From a virus, in the IMG/VR virus record IMGVR_UViG_3300028393_000022: a stretch of DNA of 64,000 nucleotides; one strand, given 5' to 3'. This document shows, one piece after another, positions 1 to 8,611 of this stretch. The notes beneath the pieces are model-generated. The model saw nothing but the letters and a program-made list of their open reading frames with translations. It made no database searches and was not told where the DNA came from. A program made the translations under genes and the position numbers. How positions within the stretch are numbered: the first letter of the stretch is position 1; each line of letters starts with the position of its first letter.

Positions 1-4
1 AATA

Positions 5-826
5 ATGAAATTAATTGCACCAATTGTACAAGTATTAACTCCGGTAGTTAATGCACTAGCCACAATTATTACCAAAGTTGTAAAAGGGTTTGACATTATT
101 ACATTTGGCTTTGGGGGATTTGTTATTGCATTGGGTGCTGCTGTGCTTGCTATTAACAATTTTACTGCTGCTAAAACAGCAGAAGCTGCAAAAGATGCTG
201 CTAGTGGCGGATTAGGTGACTTACTTGATAAAACAGGTAAGGGCGATAAACCTCCTAAGGGCGGTGGAGGTGCAGGAGGAACCGTAAAAAGATTTCTTAA
301 AAGCCCTAGTGTGATTGGTACTGTACTCAGTGGATTAATGCTAGCTAGTGATCTTAGCGATATTAAAAAGCAAGAAAAAGAAGGAACAATATCTAAAGAA
401 GAAGCAAATAAAGCCAAAGGTGGAGCCTGGGGCGAAGCAGCTGGCAGCGCGGTGGGTACGGCCTTAGGTGCATCTATTGGATCATTGTTTTTCGGCATTG
501 GTGCAGCACCTGGCGCTATTATTGGCAGTATTCTTGGCTCTATGGTCGTAGGATCTCTTGGTAAAACTGCTGGAGAACGATTAGGAAGTGACTCAAAGAA
601 AGCTGCTGATGGTGCTATAGTTTCCAAAGCAACCAATATAACCGCAGGTGAAGCAGGACCAGAAATTATATCTCCTATCAAGTACTTTAATAATTTACAA
701 TCAGAGCTAGAGACGTTAAATAAGCAAACAATGGAAATGATTAGGTACATGAAAGAAACGGCAGAATACACTAGACGTACTCACGATGCTACTAAATCTT
801 TAGGTGGTGATCTTTTCAAATTTTAA
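5..826 (+). CDS. C-terminal part of a tape-measure-like / baseplate-associated protein (probably truncated by the window edge)
   Basis: Ala/Gly-rich amphipathic and hydrophobic segments, plus a GEAGPE motif near the C-terminus as in many tape-measure proteins; the frame has no stop back to the window start. Confidence 0.5.
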   Translation: MKLIAPIVQVLTPVVNALATIITKVVKGFDIITFGFGGFVIALGAAVLAINNFTAAKTAEAAKDAASGGLGDLLDKTGKGDKPPKGGGGAGGTVKRFLKSPSVIGTVLSGLMLASDLSDIKKQEKEGTISKEEANKAKGGAWGEAAGSAVGTALGASIGSLFFGIGAAPGAIIGSILGSMVVGSLGKTAGERLGSDSKKAADGAIVSKATNITAGEAGPEIISPIKYFNNLQSELETLNKQTMEMIRYMKETAEYTRRTHDATKSLGGDLFKF

Positions 827-846
827 AATGATAGAGGCAACGTAAT

Positions 847-2580
847 ATGGCGGGTTGGAGAAAATATTTTACTTTAGTTGATACATCTGGTGCAATGAGC
901 CCTATAAACGGGTCTGTCAATGCAGATAGTCGCGCCAACCCTACACACAGAAACTACTCTAGCTATTTGCCAGATGTATATTCTGGACACCCAAATCGTT
1001 TAGAGCGTTATGGTCAATACGATACAATGGATGCTGACAGTGAAGTTAATGCTGCCTTGGACATTTTAGCTGAATTTTGCAGCCAAATGAATGAAGAAAC
1101 TGGAACACCTTTCCGTGTATTCTACAAAGATCAAGCTACTCCAACTGAAGTAACTGTCATTAAAAAGTACATGCAACAGTGGACTAAACTTAATAAATTT
1201 GACAAACGAATTTTTAAAATAGTCCGAAATACTTTCAAATACGGTGATGTATTTTTTGTTCGCGATCCTGAAACACAGGCTTGGATGTTTGTCGATTCAC
1301 AAAAAGTTGATCGTATTATTGTTAATGAAAGTGAAGGCAAGAAACCTGAACAATATGTTATCCGTGATTTTAATCCTAATTTAGAAACACTGGCTACAAC
1401 TGCCATTAGTCCTAGCAATGTAACAGGTGGCGGCAGTCAATACGCCAGTAGCTATGCCGCAGGGCAAGGTGGCGCTGGCGGCTCACGAGGAATGACAGGT
1501 GCGTTCCCTACAAATCTTAACGGTAATCGATTTAGTCGAAATGAAAATCAATATAATATTGATGCAAGACATGTGCTACACATCAGTTTAAGCGAAGGTT
1601 TAGACAACAATTACCCATTTGGAACTAGTCTTTTAGAAAGCATTTTTAAAGTTTACAAGCAAAAAGAATTGCTAGAAGATGCTATTATCATCTATCGTAT
1701 ACAACGTGCTCCAGAGCGTAGAGTTTTCTACATTGACGTTGGTAATATGCCAAGCCACTTGGCAATGGGCTTTGTAGAACGTGTCAAAAACGAAGTAAAT
1801 CAACGCAGAATTCCCAGTGCTACAGGTGGTGGCCAGACAATGATTGATGCTGGTTATAACCCATTAAGTATCAACGAAGATTACTTTTTCCCACAAACCG
1901 CTGAAGGCCGCGGAAGTAAAGTTGAAGTACTACCTGGTGGTACTAATCTAGGTGAGATTGATGATCTTAAGTATTTTACTAATAAACTGTTTCGTGCTTT
2001 GCGCATACCTAGCAGTTATCTACCTACTGGCAGCGACGATGGCGGAAGTAGTTTTAATGATGGTCGAGTTGGGACAGCCTACATCCAAGAATTGCGATTT
2101 AACAAATATTGCGAGCGTCTCCAAAGTCTAATGAATGACGTGTTTGATACAGAATTTAAACTGTATTTGCACAACAAAGGTATTAATATTGACAGTAATA
2201 TTTTTGATGTTAAGTTTAGTCCACCGCAAAACTTTGCCAGCTACCGTCAAACTGAAATGGATACAGCCCGTGTATCAACATATACCAGTTTAGCCGAAGT
2301 TCCTTACCTAAGTAAGCGTTTTTCTTTAAAGAGATTCTTAGGTCTAAGCCAAGAAGAAATTACAGAAAACGAAAAAATGTGGCAAGAAGAGAATGTTGAT
2401 GCAGATACAACACTGCCAGCTAATGCTGAATTACGTGGTGTAGGCATTACTGCAAACGCCATGGGAGCTGATATGAGCGCATTGAATGGCGCAACTACCC
2501 AACCTTTACCTGGTGAAGAAGGCGGCGGCGAAGCTGCACCAGCAGGCGGTGCAGGTGCTACAACTGCTCCTCCAGCATAA
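847..2580 (+). CDS. gp20: portal protein (T4 gp20-like)
   Basis: motifs LLEDAIIIYRIQRAPERRVFYIDVGNMP, EDYFFP, LPGGTNLGEIDDLKYF and LRIPSSYL are diagnostic of T4-like portals. Confidence 0.95.
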   Translation: MAGWRKYFTLVDTSGAMSPINGSVNADSRANPTHRNYSSYLPDVYSGHPNRLERYGQYDTMDADSEVNAALDILAEFCSQMNEETGTPFRVFYKDQATPTEVTVIKKYMQQWTKLNKFDKRIFKIVRNTFKYGDVFFVRDPETQAWMFVDSQKVDRIIVNESEGKKPEQYVIRDFNPNLETLATTAISPSNVTGGGSQYASSYAAGQGGAGGSRGMTGAFPTNLNGNRFSRNENQYNIDARHVLHISLSEGLDNNYPFGTSLLESIFKVYKQKELLEDAIIIYRIQRAPERRVFYIDVGNMPSHLAMGFVERVKNEVNQRRIPSATGGGQTMIDAGYNPLSINEDYFFPQTAEGRGSKVEVLPGGTNLGEIDDLKYFTNKLFRALRIPSSYLPTGSDDGGSSFNDGRVGTAYIQELRFNKYCERLQSLMNDVFDTEFKLYLHNKGINIDSNIFDVKFSPPQNFASYRQTEMDTARVSTYTSLAEVPYLSKRFSLKRFLGLSQEEITENEKMWQEENVDADTTLPANAELRGVGITANAMGADMSALNGATTQPLPGEEGGGEAAPAGGAGATTAPPA

Positions 2581-2583
2581 ATA
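2578..2583 (+). promoter_or_regulatory. T4-type late promoter box TAAATA, 5 nt upstream of ATG
   Basis: core of the T4 late consensus TATAAATA; overlaps the portal stop codon; the same box recurs before most structural genes. Confidence 0.7.
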
Positions 2584-2588
2584 TTGTT

Positions 2589-2834
2589 ATGTTTTTAAGA
2601 GAATTTATTTATTTTGACAAAGATCAGGCAGATATGTCCGATGACAATCGTTACGATTCTGATAATGATACGAGTGTATTGAAGTCTAAAGATCTTCGTA
2701 AAACTAGATTAACCTTAAAAATGTTAAACGATTTACGCAAAGCAGGCGATGCTCATGCAGCAGAGCAAAAAGAAGAACTAGTATTGGTTAGAAAGATGTA
2801 CGCAGCTCCTCCTCCGGAAGCTGCACCTGCATAA
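2589..2834 (+). CDS. small head-module protein
   Basis: lies between portal and core genes; has a late box; N-terminus MFLREF. Confidence 0.7.
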   Translation: MFLREFIYFDKDQADMSDDNRYDSDNDTSVLKSKDLRKTRLTLKMLNDLRKAGDAHAAEQKEELVLVRKMYAAPPPEAAPA

Positions 2835-2911
2835 ACTGATAGTTTAAATATTTTTAGTGAAAACTTAAATATTTTAACAAGAAATTGCAAAAATTCTTCA
2901 CGCTTTTATCT

Positions 2912-2937
2912 GAAATAGGCCGTTTTTGGCCTATTTC
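2912..2937. repeat. perfect 10-bp inverted repeat GAAATAGGCC-N6-GGCCTATTTC
   Basis: read directly in the intergenic region; no following U-tract. Confidence 0.8.
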
Positions 2938-3009
2938 CCATACCTTTATACAATCCCACTTAAATAACAACACAGCCTTGCCGCGAAACTAACATAGGAG
3001 ATAACCGCA

Positions 3010-3987
3010 ATGTCTACAAAGTTTGAACAACTATTAGACTTAATTGTCAATGAAGAAATGGATAAAGCCAATGAGCTATTCCATGAAATCGTTGTTGAAA
3101 AGTCAAGAGATATATATGAGAATTTAATTGCTGAAGAAGCAGAAGAAGACGAAGAAATGGATGAGTCTGCTGAAGAAGACGACGAAGAAATGGATGAGTC
3201 TGCTGAAGAAGACGACGAAGAAATGGATGAAAACATTGATCTAGAAGACAGCTACAGCATGGAAGCCGACGACGAAGAAGATGAAATGGGCGGCGACGCT
3301 ACTGACGACTTCGGTGCTGACATCGGTGATGATGACATGGACGGAGAAGAAGGTCCAGAAGCTGGTGAAGACAAAGCTATTTTTGACATCAAGAATGCTA
3401 TTGCTGAACTAGAAGCAGCATTTGCTGAACTAGAGCAAGCCCAAGGTTCTGAAATGCCACATGATGAATTTGGCGATGAAGAAATGGATGGCGAAGATGA
3501 AGATGAAGGTATGATGATGGGTATGCACGAAGGTCGTCGTATGACACGTGAGTACACAGAAAAAGTTGGAAACGACTGGGATAAGAACAGCATGAAAACA
3601 CAAGGACAGTACGTAGGTGCAGGTTCCGGTGATAAAGAAGGTGCCCCAGTTGAAGGTAAGAGCCCAATCAGCAGCGGTTCTGGTAAGCCAACAAGCGGTG
3701 CAAATGCCAAGAATTTAGTTCAAGGTGGTACAGAAGGTTCTAGTAACACTGGTACAAGCCCAGCTAAAGGCAGCAAAGGTATTAATCCAGTTTCTGGCGA
3801 AAAGTTTGCTAAAGGTATCCACAACGTGGACGGTATGAAGTCTGGCGTTAAGACACTAGCAGGTGTTAAAGGTGGACACGGGGCAGAGAAGAAGGGCGCA
3901 GGTCCTGGACCAGTTGGATCCGGTACAGGTGACAAGGCTGGACAAACTAGCGTTGGCAAAATCCCTACTTTCCTTAAGAAACTATAA
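3010..3987 (+). CDS. acidic prohead core protein
   Basis: very Asp/Glu-rich N-half and Gly/Lys-rich C-half; sits just before the protease; TAAATA at 2961 and an AGGAG SD. Confidence 0.7.
   Translation: MSTKFEQLLDLIVNEEMDKANELFHEIVVEKSRDIYENLIAEEAEEDEEMDESAEEDDEEMDESAEEDDEEMDENIDLEDSYSMEADDEEDEMGGDATDDFGADIGDDDMDGEEGPEAGEDKAIFDIKNAIAELEAAFAELEQAQGSEMPHDEFGDEEMDGEDEDEGMMMGMHEGRRMTREYTEKVGNDWDKNSMKTQGQYVGAGSGDKEGAPVEGKSPISSGSGKPTSGANAKNLVQGGTEGSSNTGTSPAKGSKGINPVSGEKFAKGIHNVDGMKSGVKTLAGVKGGHGAEKKGAGPGPVGSGTGDKAGQTSVGKIPTFLKKL
3148..3229 (+). repeat. 33-bp tandem repeat, about 2.5 copies (DEEMDESAEED)
   Basis: gacgaagaaatggatgagtctgctgaagaagac starts at 3148 and 3181, with a partial copy at 3214. 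Confidence 0.9.
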
Positions 3988-4000
3988 TTAGAGAATCTGG

Positions 4001-4630
4001 ATGAAACCCACTTATCTAAGAGAACACCTAAGTTTCGATCAGTCCGGCATCGTAATGGAGTCGGACGATAAAGATGGCAAAAATCTTCACTTGAAGGGCA
4101 TTGCCATTCAAGGTGGTATTCGCAATGCGAATCAACGAGTCTATCCTGTAGATGAAATTGAACGTGCTGTGAAGACACTAAATGATCAGATTCAAAATGG
4201 TTATTCTGTATTAGGTGAAGTTGATCACCCAGATGATTTAAAAGTAAATTTGGACCGTGTATCCCATATGATCACTCAAATGTGGATGGAAGGTCCTAAC
4301 GGTTATGGCAAGTTTAAAATCTTGCCTACACCAATGGGTAACTTGATTCGCACTATGCTCGAAGCTGGTGTAAAACTTGGAGTCAGTAGTAGAGGCAGCG
4401 GCAACGTTGACGATATGTCTGGCAAAGTTTCTGACTTCGAAATTATCACTGTCGATATAGTTGCACAACCTAGCGCACCTGGCGCTTATCCTACACCTGT
4501 TTATGAGCATTTGATGAACAATCGTGGCGGGTATAGAGCACTACAGGTAGCAAAAGAAGTAAAAGAAGATCCAAAGGCCCAGAAATATTTGCAAGAGTCT
4601 CTCATGCAAATTATTAAAGGTCTAAAATAA
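4001..4630 (+). CDS. gp21: prohead core protease (T4 gp21-like)
   Basis: motifs NANQRVYP, GEVDHP, LGVSSRGSG and DIVAQPSAPGA. Confidence 0.95.
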   Translation: MKPTYLREHLSFDQSGIVMESDDKDGKNLHLKGIAIQGGIRNANQRVYPVDEIERAVKTLNDQIQNGYSVLGEVDHPDDLKVNLDRVSHMITQMWMEGPNGYGKFKILPTPMGNLIRTMLEAGVKLGVSSRGSGNVDDMSGKVSDFEIITVDIVAQPSAPGAYPTPVYEHLMNNRGGYRALQVAKEVKEDPKAQKYLQESLMQIIKGLK

Positions 4631-4647
4631 AGCCCGAGGAGAAAAAA

Positions 4648-5736
4648 ATGTTGGACGCATTCAAACAATTAGTAGAGTCTGGAGTAATGTCAGAAGAAGT
4701 TAAAACTTCTATTGAAGCTGCCTTCACTCAAAAGATTCAAGAGAATCGCGACCATGTTACCGCTGAACTTCGTGAAGAATTCGCACAAAAATACAATCAT
4801 GATAAAACTGTGATGGTAGAAGCGATCGACAAGATGTTAAGCGAGCGATTGGCCGCAGAAATGGCCGAATTGTATAATGACAAGAAGTCTCTAGCAGAAG
4901 CAAAAGTAGCGTACCAACAACGTATTGCTGAAGATGCTAAAAAACTAGAAGGTTTTGTTATTAATCAATTAGGCAGAGAGTTAGTCGAGTTCCAAGGAGA
5001 CCGTAAGAAAGTTTCTGAGAACTTTGGTAAGTTAGAGCAGTTTGTTGTACATGCTCTAGCAAAAGAAATTGGTGAATTCGCTGTAGACAAGCGTGATCTA
5101 GCTGAAACGAAAGTTAAGTTGGTACGTGAAGCAAAGAGCAAGTTTGATCAAATCCGTCAAGCCTTTATTACACAAAGCGCAAGAGTAGTTGAAAGTACAG
5201 TCACTAAAAAGTTAACATCTGAAATTAAGCAATTGAAAGAAGATATTGACAGTGCCCGTAACAATGACTTTGGTCGTAGATTGTATGAAGCGTTTGCACA
5301 AGAGTATTCTGGTTCCTTCCTAAATGAAAAGTCCGAGACAAGTAAATTGTTAAAGATCATCGCTAAGAAAGATCAAGAACTAGCAGAAGCAAAACAAGTG
5401 GTATCGGAAAAAGCAAATCTAGTAGAATCTGCGCAACGTGAAATTCGCGTTACAAAAGATCTAATAGAGCGTAAAACCGTTATGGCAGAATTGCTATCAC
5501 CACTAGCTGGTGAAAAGAGAGTGGTTATGCAAGACCTTTTAGAGTCAGTTCAGACTGTAAAATTGCACGCCGCATTTGAGAAATACCTACCCGCAGTAAT
5601 GGAAGGCGCCCAAAAGCAAGCACCTAAAAAGATGTTAGCCGAAGGCACTGAAGTAACTGGTAATCGTGAAAGCAAGCCAGCGGTAGGCTTAGATAATATT
5701 GTTGATATCCGCAAGTTAGCGGGTTTAACAAAATAA
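4648..5736 (+). CDS. gp22: prohead scaffold protein (T4 gp22-like)
   Basis: long coiled-coil, charged protein between protease and major capsid protein; GAGGAG SD. Confidence 0.85.
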   Translation: MLDAFKQLVESGVMSEEVKTSIEAAFTQKIQENRDHVTAELREEFAQKYNHDKTVMVEAIDKMLSERLAAEMAELYNDKKSLAEAKVAYQQRIAEDAKKLEGFVINQLGRELVEFQGDRKKVSENFGKLEQFVVHALAKEIGEFAVDKRDLAETKVKLVREAKSKFDQIRQAFITQSARVVESTVTKKLTSEIKQLKEDIDSARNNDFGRRLYEAFAQEYSGSFLNEKSETSKLLKIIAKKDQELAEAKQVVSEKANLVESAQREIRVTKDLIERKTVMAELLSPLAGEKRVVMQDLLESVQTVKLHAAFEKYLPAVMEGAQKQAPKKMLAEGTEVTGNRESKPAVGLDNIVDIRKLAGLTK

Positions 5737-5754
5737 TAATTCAAGGAGACGTAA

Positions 5755-6936
5755 ATGTCACAACTATTAAATGAAAGATGGTCAGAGACCAAAGAAGCTC
5801 TGCTTGAAGGCCTATCCGGTACCCGTAAGTCTTCTATGGCAGTTTGCCTAGAAAATACACGCCGTCATTTGGCTGAAAGCGCAACCGCTGGTGCTACAAG
5901 TGCCGGCAACATCGCAACACTTAACCGTGTTATTCTTCCAGTAATTCGTCGTGTTATGCCGACAGTTATTGCTAACGAAATCATCGGCGTTCAGCCAATG
6001 ACAGGACCTGTTGCACAGATCCACACACTACGTGTTCGTTATGCTGATGGTGTTAACTCTGGTGATGTAGTAACAGCCGGTGAAGAAGCACTAAGCCCAT
6101 TCAAGATCGCTGCTGCTTACTCCGGTAACAACAGTGCCACTGCTGGTGGTGCTACAACTGCTAACCTAGAAGGTTCTCCAGGTAAGCGTATGAGCATCCA
6201 GATCTTGAAGACACCGGTTGAAGCAAAAAGCCGCAAGCTATCTGCTCGTTGGACCTTTGAAGCTGCTCAAGATGCACAAGCCCAACAAGGCATTGACATC
6301 GAAGCAGAAATCATGGCTGCACTAGCACAAGAAATCACAGCTGAAATTGATCAAGAGATCCTAGCTTCTTTACGTAGCTTGGCTTCTGTTGAAGAAACAT
6401 ACGACCAGTCGTTAGTTTCTGGTACAGCTACATTCGTTGGTGACGAACATGCTGCTCTAGCGATCCAGATCAACCGCGTAAGCAATTTGATTGCTCAGCG
6501 TACACGTCGTGGTTCTGCTAACTGGGCTGTTGTTTCTAACCAAGCATTGACAATTCTACAATCTGCTACTACAAGCGCATTTGCTCGTACAACAGAAGGT
6601 ACATTTGAAGCTCCTACAAACACTAAGTTTGTTGGTACATTAAATGGCGCAATGAGAATTTATGTTGACGCATATAAGTCTGATACAGACGATAATAACC
6701 AGATCCTAGTTGGATATAAAGGTTCTAGCGAAGCAGATGCTGCTGCGTTCTACTGCCCTTATATTCCGTTGATGAGTTCTGGTGTTGTTCTAGATCCAGC
6801 AACATTTGAGCCAGTAGTTGGCTTCCTAACACGTTACGGTTATGTAGAGTTGAGCAACACTGCTTCTTCTCTAGGTAATGCTGCTGACTACTTAGGAAAA
6901 GTTGCTATCACTAGCGCAAACGTAAGCTTCAAGTAA
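5755..6936 (+). CDS. gp23: major capsid protein (T4 gp23-like)
   Basis: motifs IGVQPMTGP, KSRKLSARWTFEAAQD and FYCPYIPL..TRYG; probable LAE maturation site near residue 41. Confidence 0.97.
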   Translation: MSQLLNERWSETKEALLEGLSGTRKSSMAVCLENTRRHLAESATAGATSAGNIATLNRVILPVIRRVMPTVIANEIIGVQPMTGPVAQIHTLRVRYADGVNSGDVVTAGEEALSPFKIAAAYSGNNSATAGGATTANLEGSPGKRMSIQILKTPVEAKSRKLSARWTFEAAQDAQAQQGIDIEAEIMAALAQEITAEIDQEILASLRSLASVEETYDQSLVSGTATFVGDEHAALAIQINRVSNLIAQRTRRGSANWAVVSNQALTILQSATTSAFARTTEGTFEAPTNTKFVGTLNGAMRIYVDAYKSDTDDNNQILVGYKGSSEADAAAFYCPYIPLMSSGVVLDPATFEPVVGFLTRYGYVELSNTASSLGNAADYLGKVAITSANVSFK

Positions 6937-6964
6937 TCCGTTACTTGTTTTTACACAAACAATC

Positions 6965-6986
6965 AACCCGCTTCGGCGGGTTTTTT
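6965..6986 (+). terminator. intrinsic terminator after the capsid gene
   Basis: AACCCGC-TTCG-GCGGGTT followed by a T run. Confidence 0.9.
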
Positions 6987-7010
6987 GTTGACTATCCAAT
7001 AAATAGCTTT

Positions 7011-7066
7011 GTTCGCCCTTTAAGGGTTTTATGCGGTACCATCCGCGTAGATCATAGAACGATCTT
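7011..7066 (+). ncRNA. candidate structured 5' leader RNA (three hairpins)
   Basis: follows TAAATA at 7000; stems GCCCT/AGGGT, TATGCGG/CCGCGTA and AGATC/GATCT lie just before the AGGAG SD. Confidence 0.5.
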
Positions 7067-7085
7067 AACACAAGGAGAAAATAAA

Positions 7086-7997
7086 ATGGGACGTCCAATT
7101 AAAGACAAATTTTTCGGTAGTTCAACTACCCCTTATCAAAACGCCAACGTTGGCGGCCGTACTGGTGTCGGCGGCGAAAGCGTAACATCAGTAATTGCTG
7201 TTGCTAGTTCAGGAACATTGTATTCCGCAGGTGCAACACTAGTAGTAAGCGCACCAAACATTGCAGGTGGTATCAGAGCCACTGCCACACCTACAATTAG
7301 TCTTCCTGGTATCGGCGGTATTACTGCTGTTACATTAGGTACAGCTGGAACTGGTTATACTGCAACTGCTACCATAACAGTTACTACTGCTAGTTCTGTT
7401 ACTAAAACAACAACTGGTACAATTTCAACAAATATCATTTATCCTGCAGATACAACTGGAGTTCAAGTAGGTATGAAAGTTGTTGGTACAGGTATTAACG
7501 CAGGTGCAACATACGTTACTGCTGTCTACTCAACAGGTACTGTTGTATCGGCTGCAAACGCAGGAGCAGTTAGTGGCGCAGTGGTCTTCCTTGACGCAGG
7601 TTCTGGATTTGCCGCAGTCACAGCGTTAACAACTACTACATTTAACGCTATACAAATCATCTCTTATGTTCCAAATGGTTCAAGTGGTATCAGTGGTGGC
7701 GACATCATGAAGCAAGAAGGAAGCCGCCGTTACCTAGTTCAAAATGCACAAGGTCAAGGAATCTGCAAATTGTCTACTGGTACATTAGTTGCTGGTGGCA
7801 TGCACATTATTGCTACAGATTCTGCAGGTGACACATATTGGGTTACTAAGTTAACAAGTCGCAAAGCAAACTTGTATCCAAGATCAAATACAGGTACATC
7901 TATCTATAGTACTATCAAAGTAGCACCATGGACAATTGGCAGTGCATCTGGTACTACTACTGGAACTGCTATTGTTTCTCTAAGCCACACAGTTTAA
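7086..7997 (+). CDS. Thr/Gly-rich virion (head decoration-like) protein
   Basis: start reassigned to MGRPIK at 7086 on the basis of the AGGAG SD; immediately downstream of the capsid gene; beta-rich composition. Confidence 0.65.
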   Translation: MGRPIKDKFFGSSTTPYQNANVGGRTGVGGESVTSVIAVASSGTLYSAGATLVVSAPNIAGGIRATATPTISLPGIGGITAVTLGTAGTGYTATATITVTTASSVTKTTTGTISTNIIYPADTTGVQVGMKVVGTGINAGATYVTAVYSTGTVVSAANAGAVSGAVVFLDAGSGFAAVTALTTTTFNAIQIISYVPNGSSGISGGDIMKQEGSRRYLVQNAQGQGICKLSTGTLVAGGMHIIATDSAGDTYWVTKLTSRKANLYPRSNTGTSIYSTIKVAPWTIGSASGTTTGTAIVSLSHTV

Positions 7998-8014
7998 TAT
8001 TTTGTAAAAATATT

Positions 8015-8041
8015 ATGGGGGGCTTGTCCCCCCATTCTCTT
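8015..8041 (+). terminator. probable terminator hairpin
   Basis: ATGGGGGG-CTTGT-CCCCCCAT followed by TCTCTT. Confidence 0.6.
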
Positions 8042-8059
8042 ATCTAGGTAAATAATGGT

Positions 8060-8584
8060 ATGACCACTAATTGGACCTTACCAACAAATGTAATTCAGTA
8101 CGCAGAAGAAGGCGGAGAAGATGCTCATGTTTCTTGGTTAGAAACAGATAACTTCCATGGTCTAAAAGATATCGACGGTAAGTCGGTGCGGACAACTAGA
8201 GATTTATTTCACATTGCTAGAGATCCTAGACATGATATATTACAAAAAACATATTATTTAAAATTAACAGGATTTAATTTTGTAAATTTACCAGAAACAT
8301 TATCTGGTATTGGAATGCAATTAACTATTAATAGGTATGGTAGAATCACTGATGAAACTATACAATTATGTTCTTATGGTAATATAGTAGGTGAAAATCA
8401 AGCGTCTTTAAATTTAGACACTAAAAAAATATACGGAAATGCTAATTCTATTTGGGGTAGCAATTTAAATATGGCACAAATTCAAGATTCGTCATTTGGA
8501 GTTATAGTAAGGTTCCAAAGCCACCCAAGTTGGCCTCATAGAAGTAGTCCTTTGATTGATGCGGTTGAGCTTAGGATATATTAA
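8060..8584 (+). CDS. hypothetical virion protein
   Basis: late box at 8049, 5 nt before ATG; within the structural block. Confidence 0.6.
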   Translation: MTTNWTLPTNVIQYAEEGGEDAHVSWLETDNFHGLKDIDGKSVRTTRDLFHIARDPRHDILQKTYYLKLTGFNFVNLPETLSGIGMQLTINRYGRITDETIQLCSYGNIVGENQASLNLDTKKIYGNANSIWGSNLNMAQIQDSSFGVIVRFQSHPSWPHRSSPLIDAVELRIY

Positions 8585-8611
8585 AAAAAATAAATACAGT
8601 GAGGATCAAAA

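Noticed and set aside
6945-7085. N-terminal extensions given by the ORF track (also 27542, 31718, 45471, 51442, 57564 and 63377)
   Set aside because: They run through terminators, promoters or upstream genes; downstream ATGs have SD or late-box support
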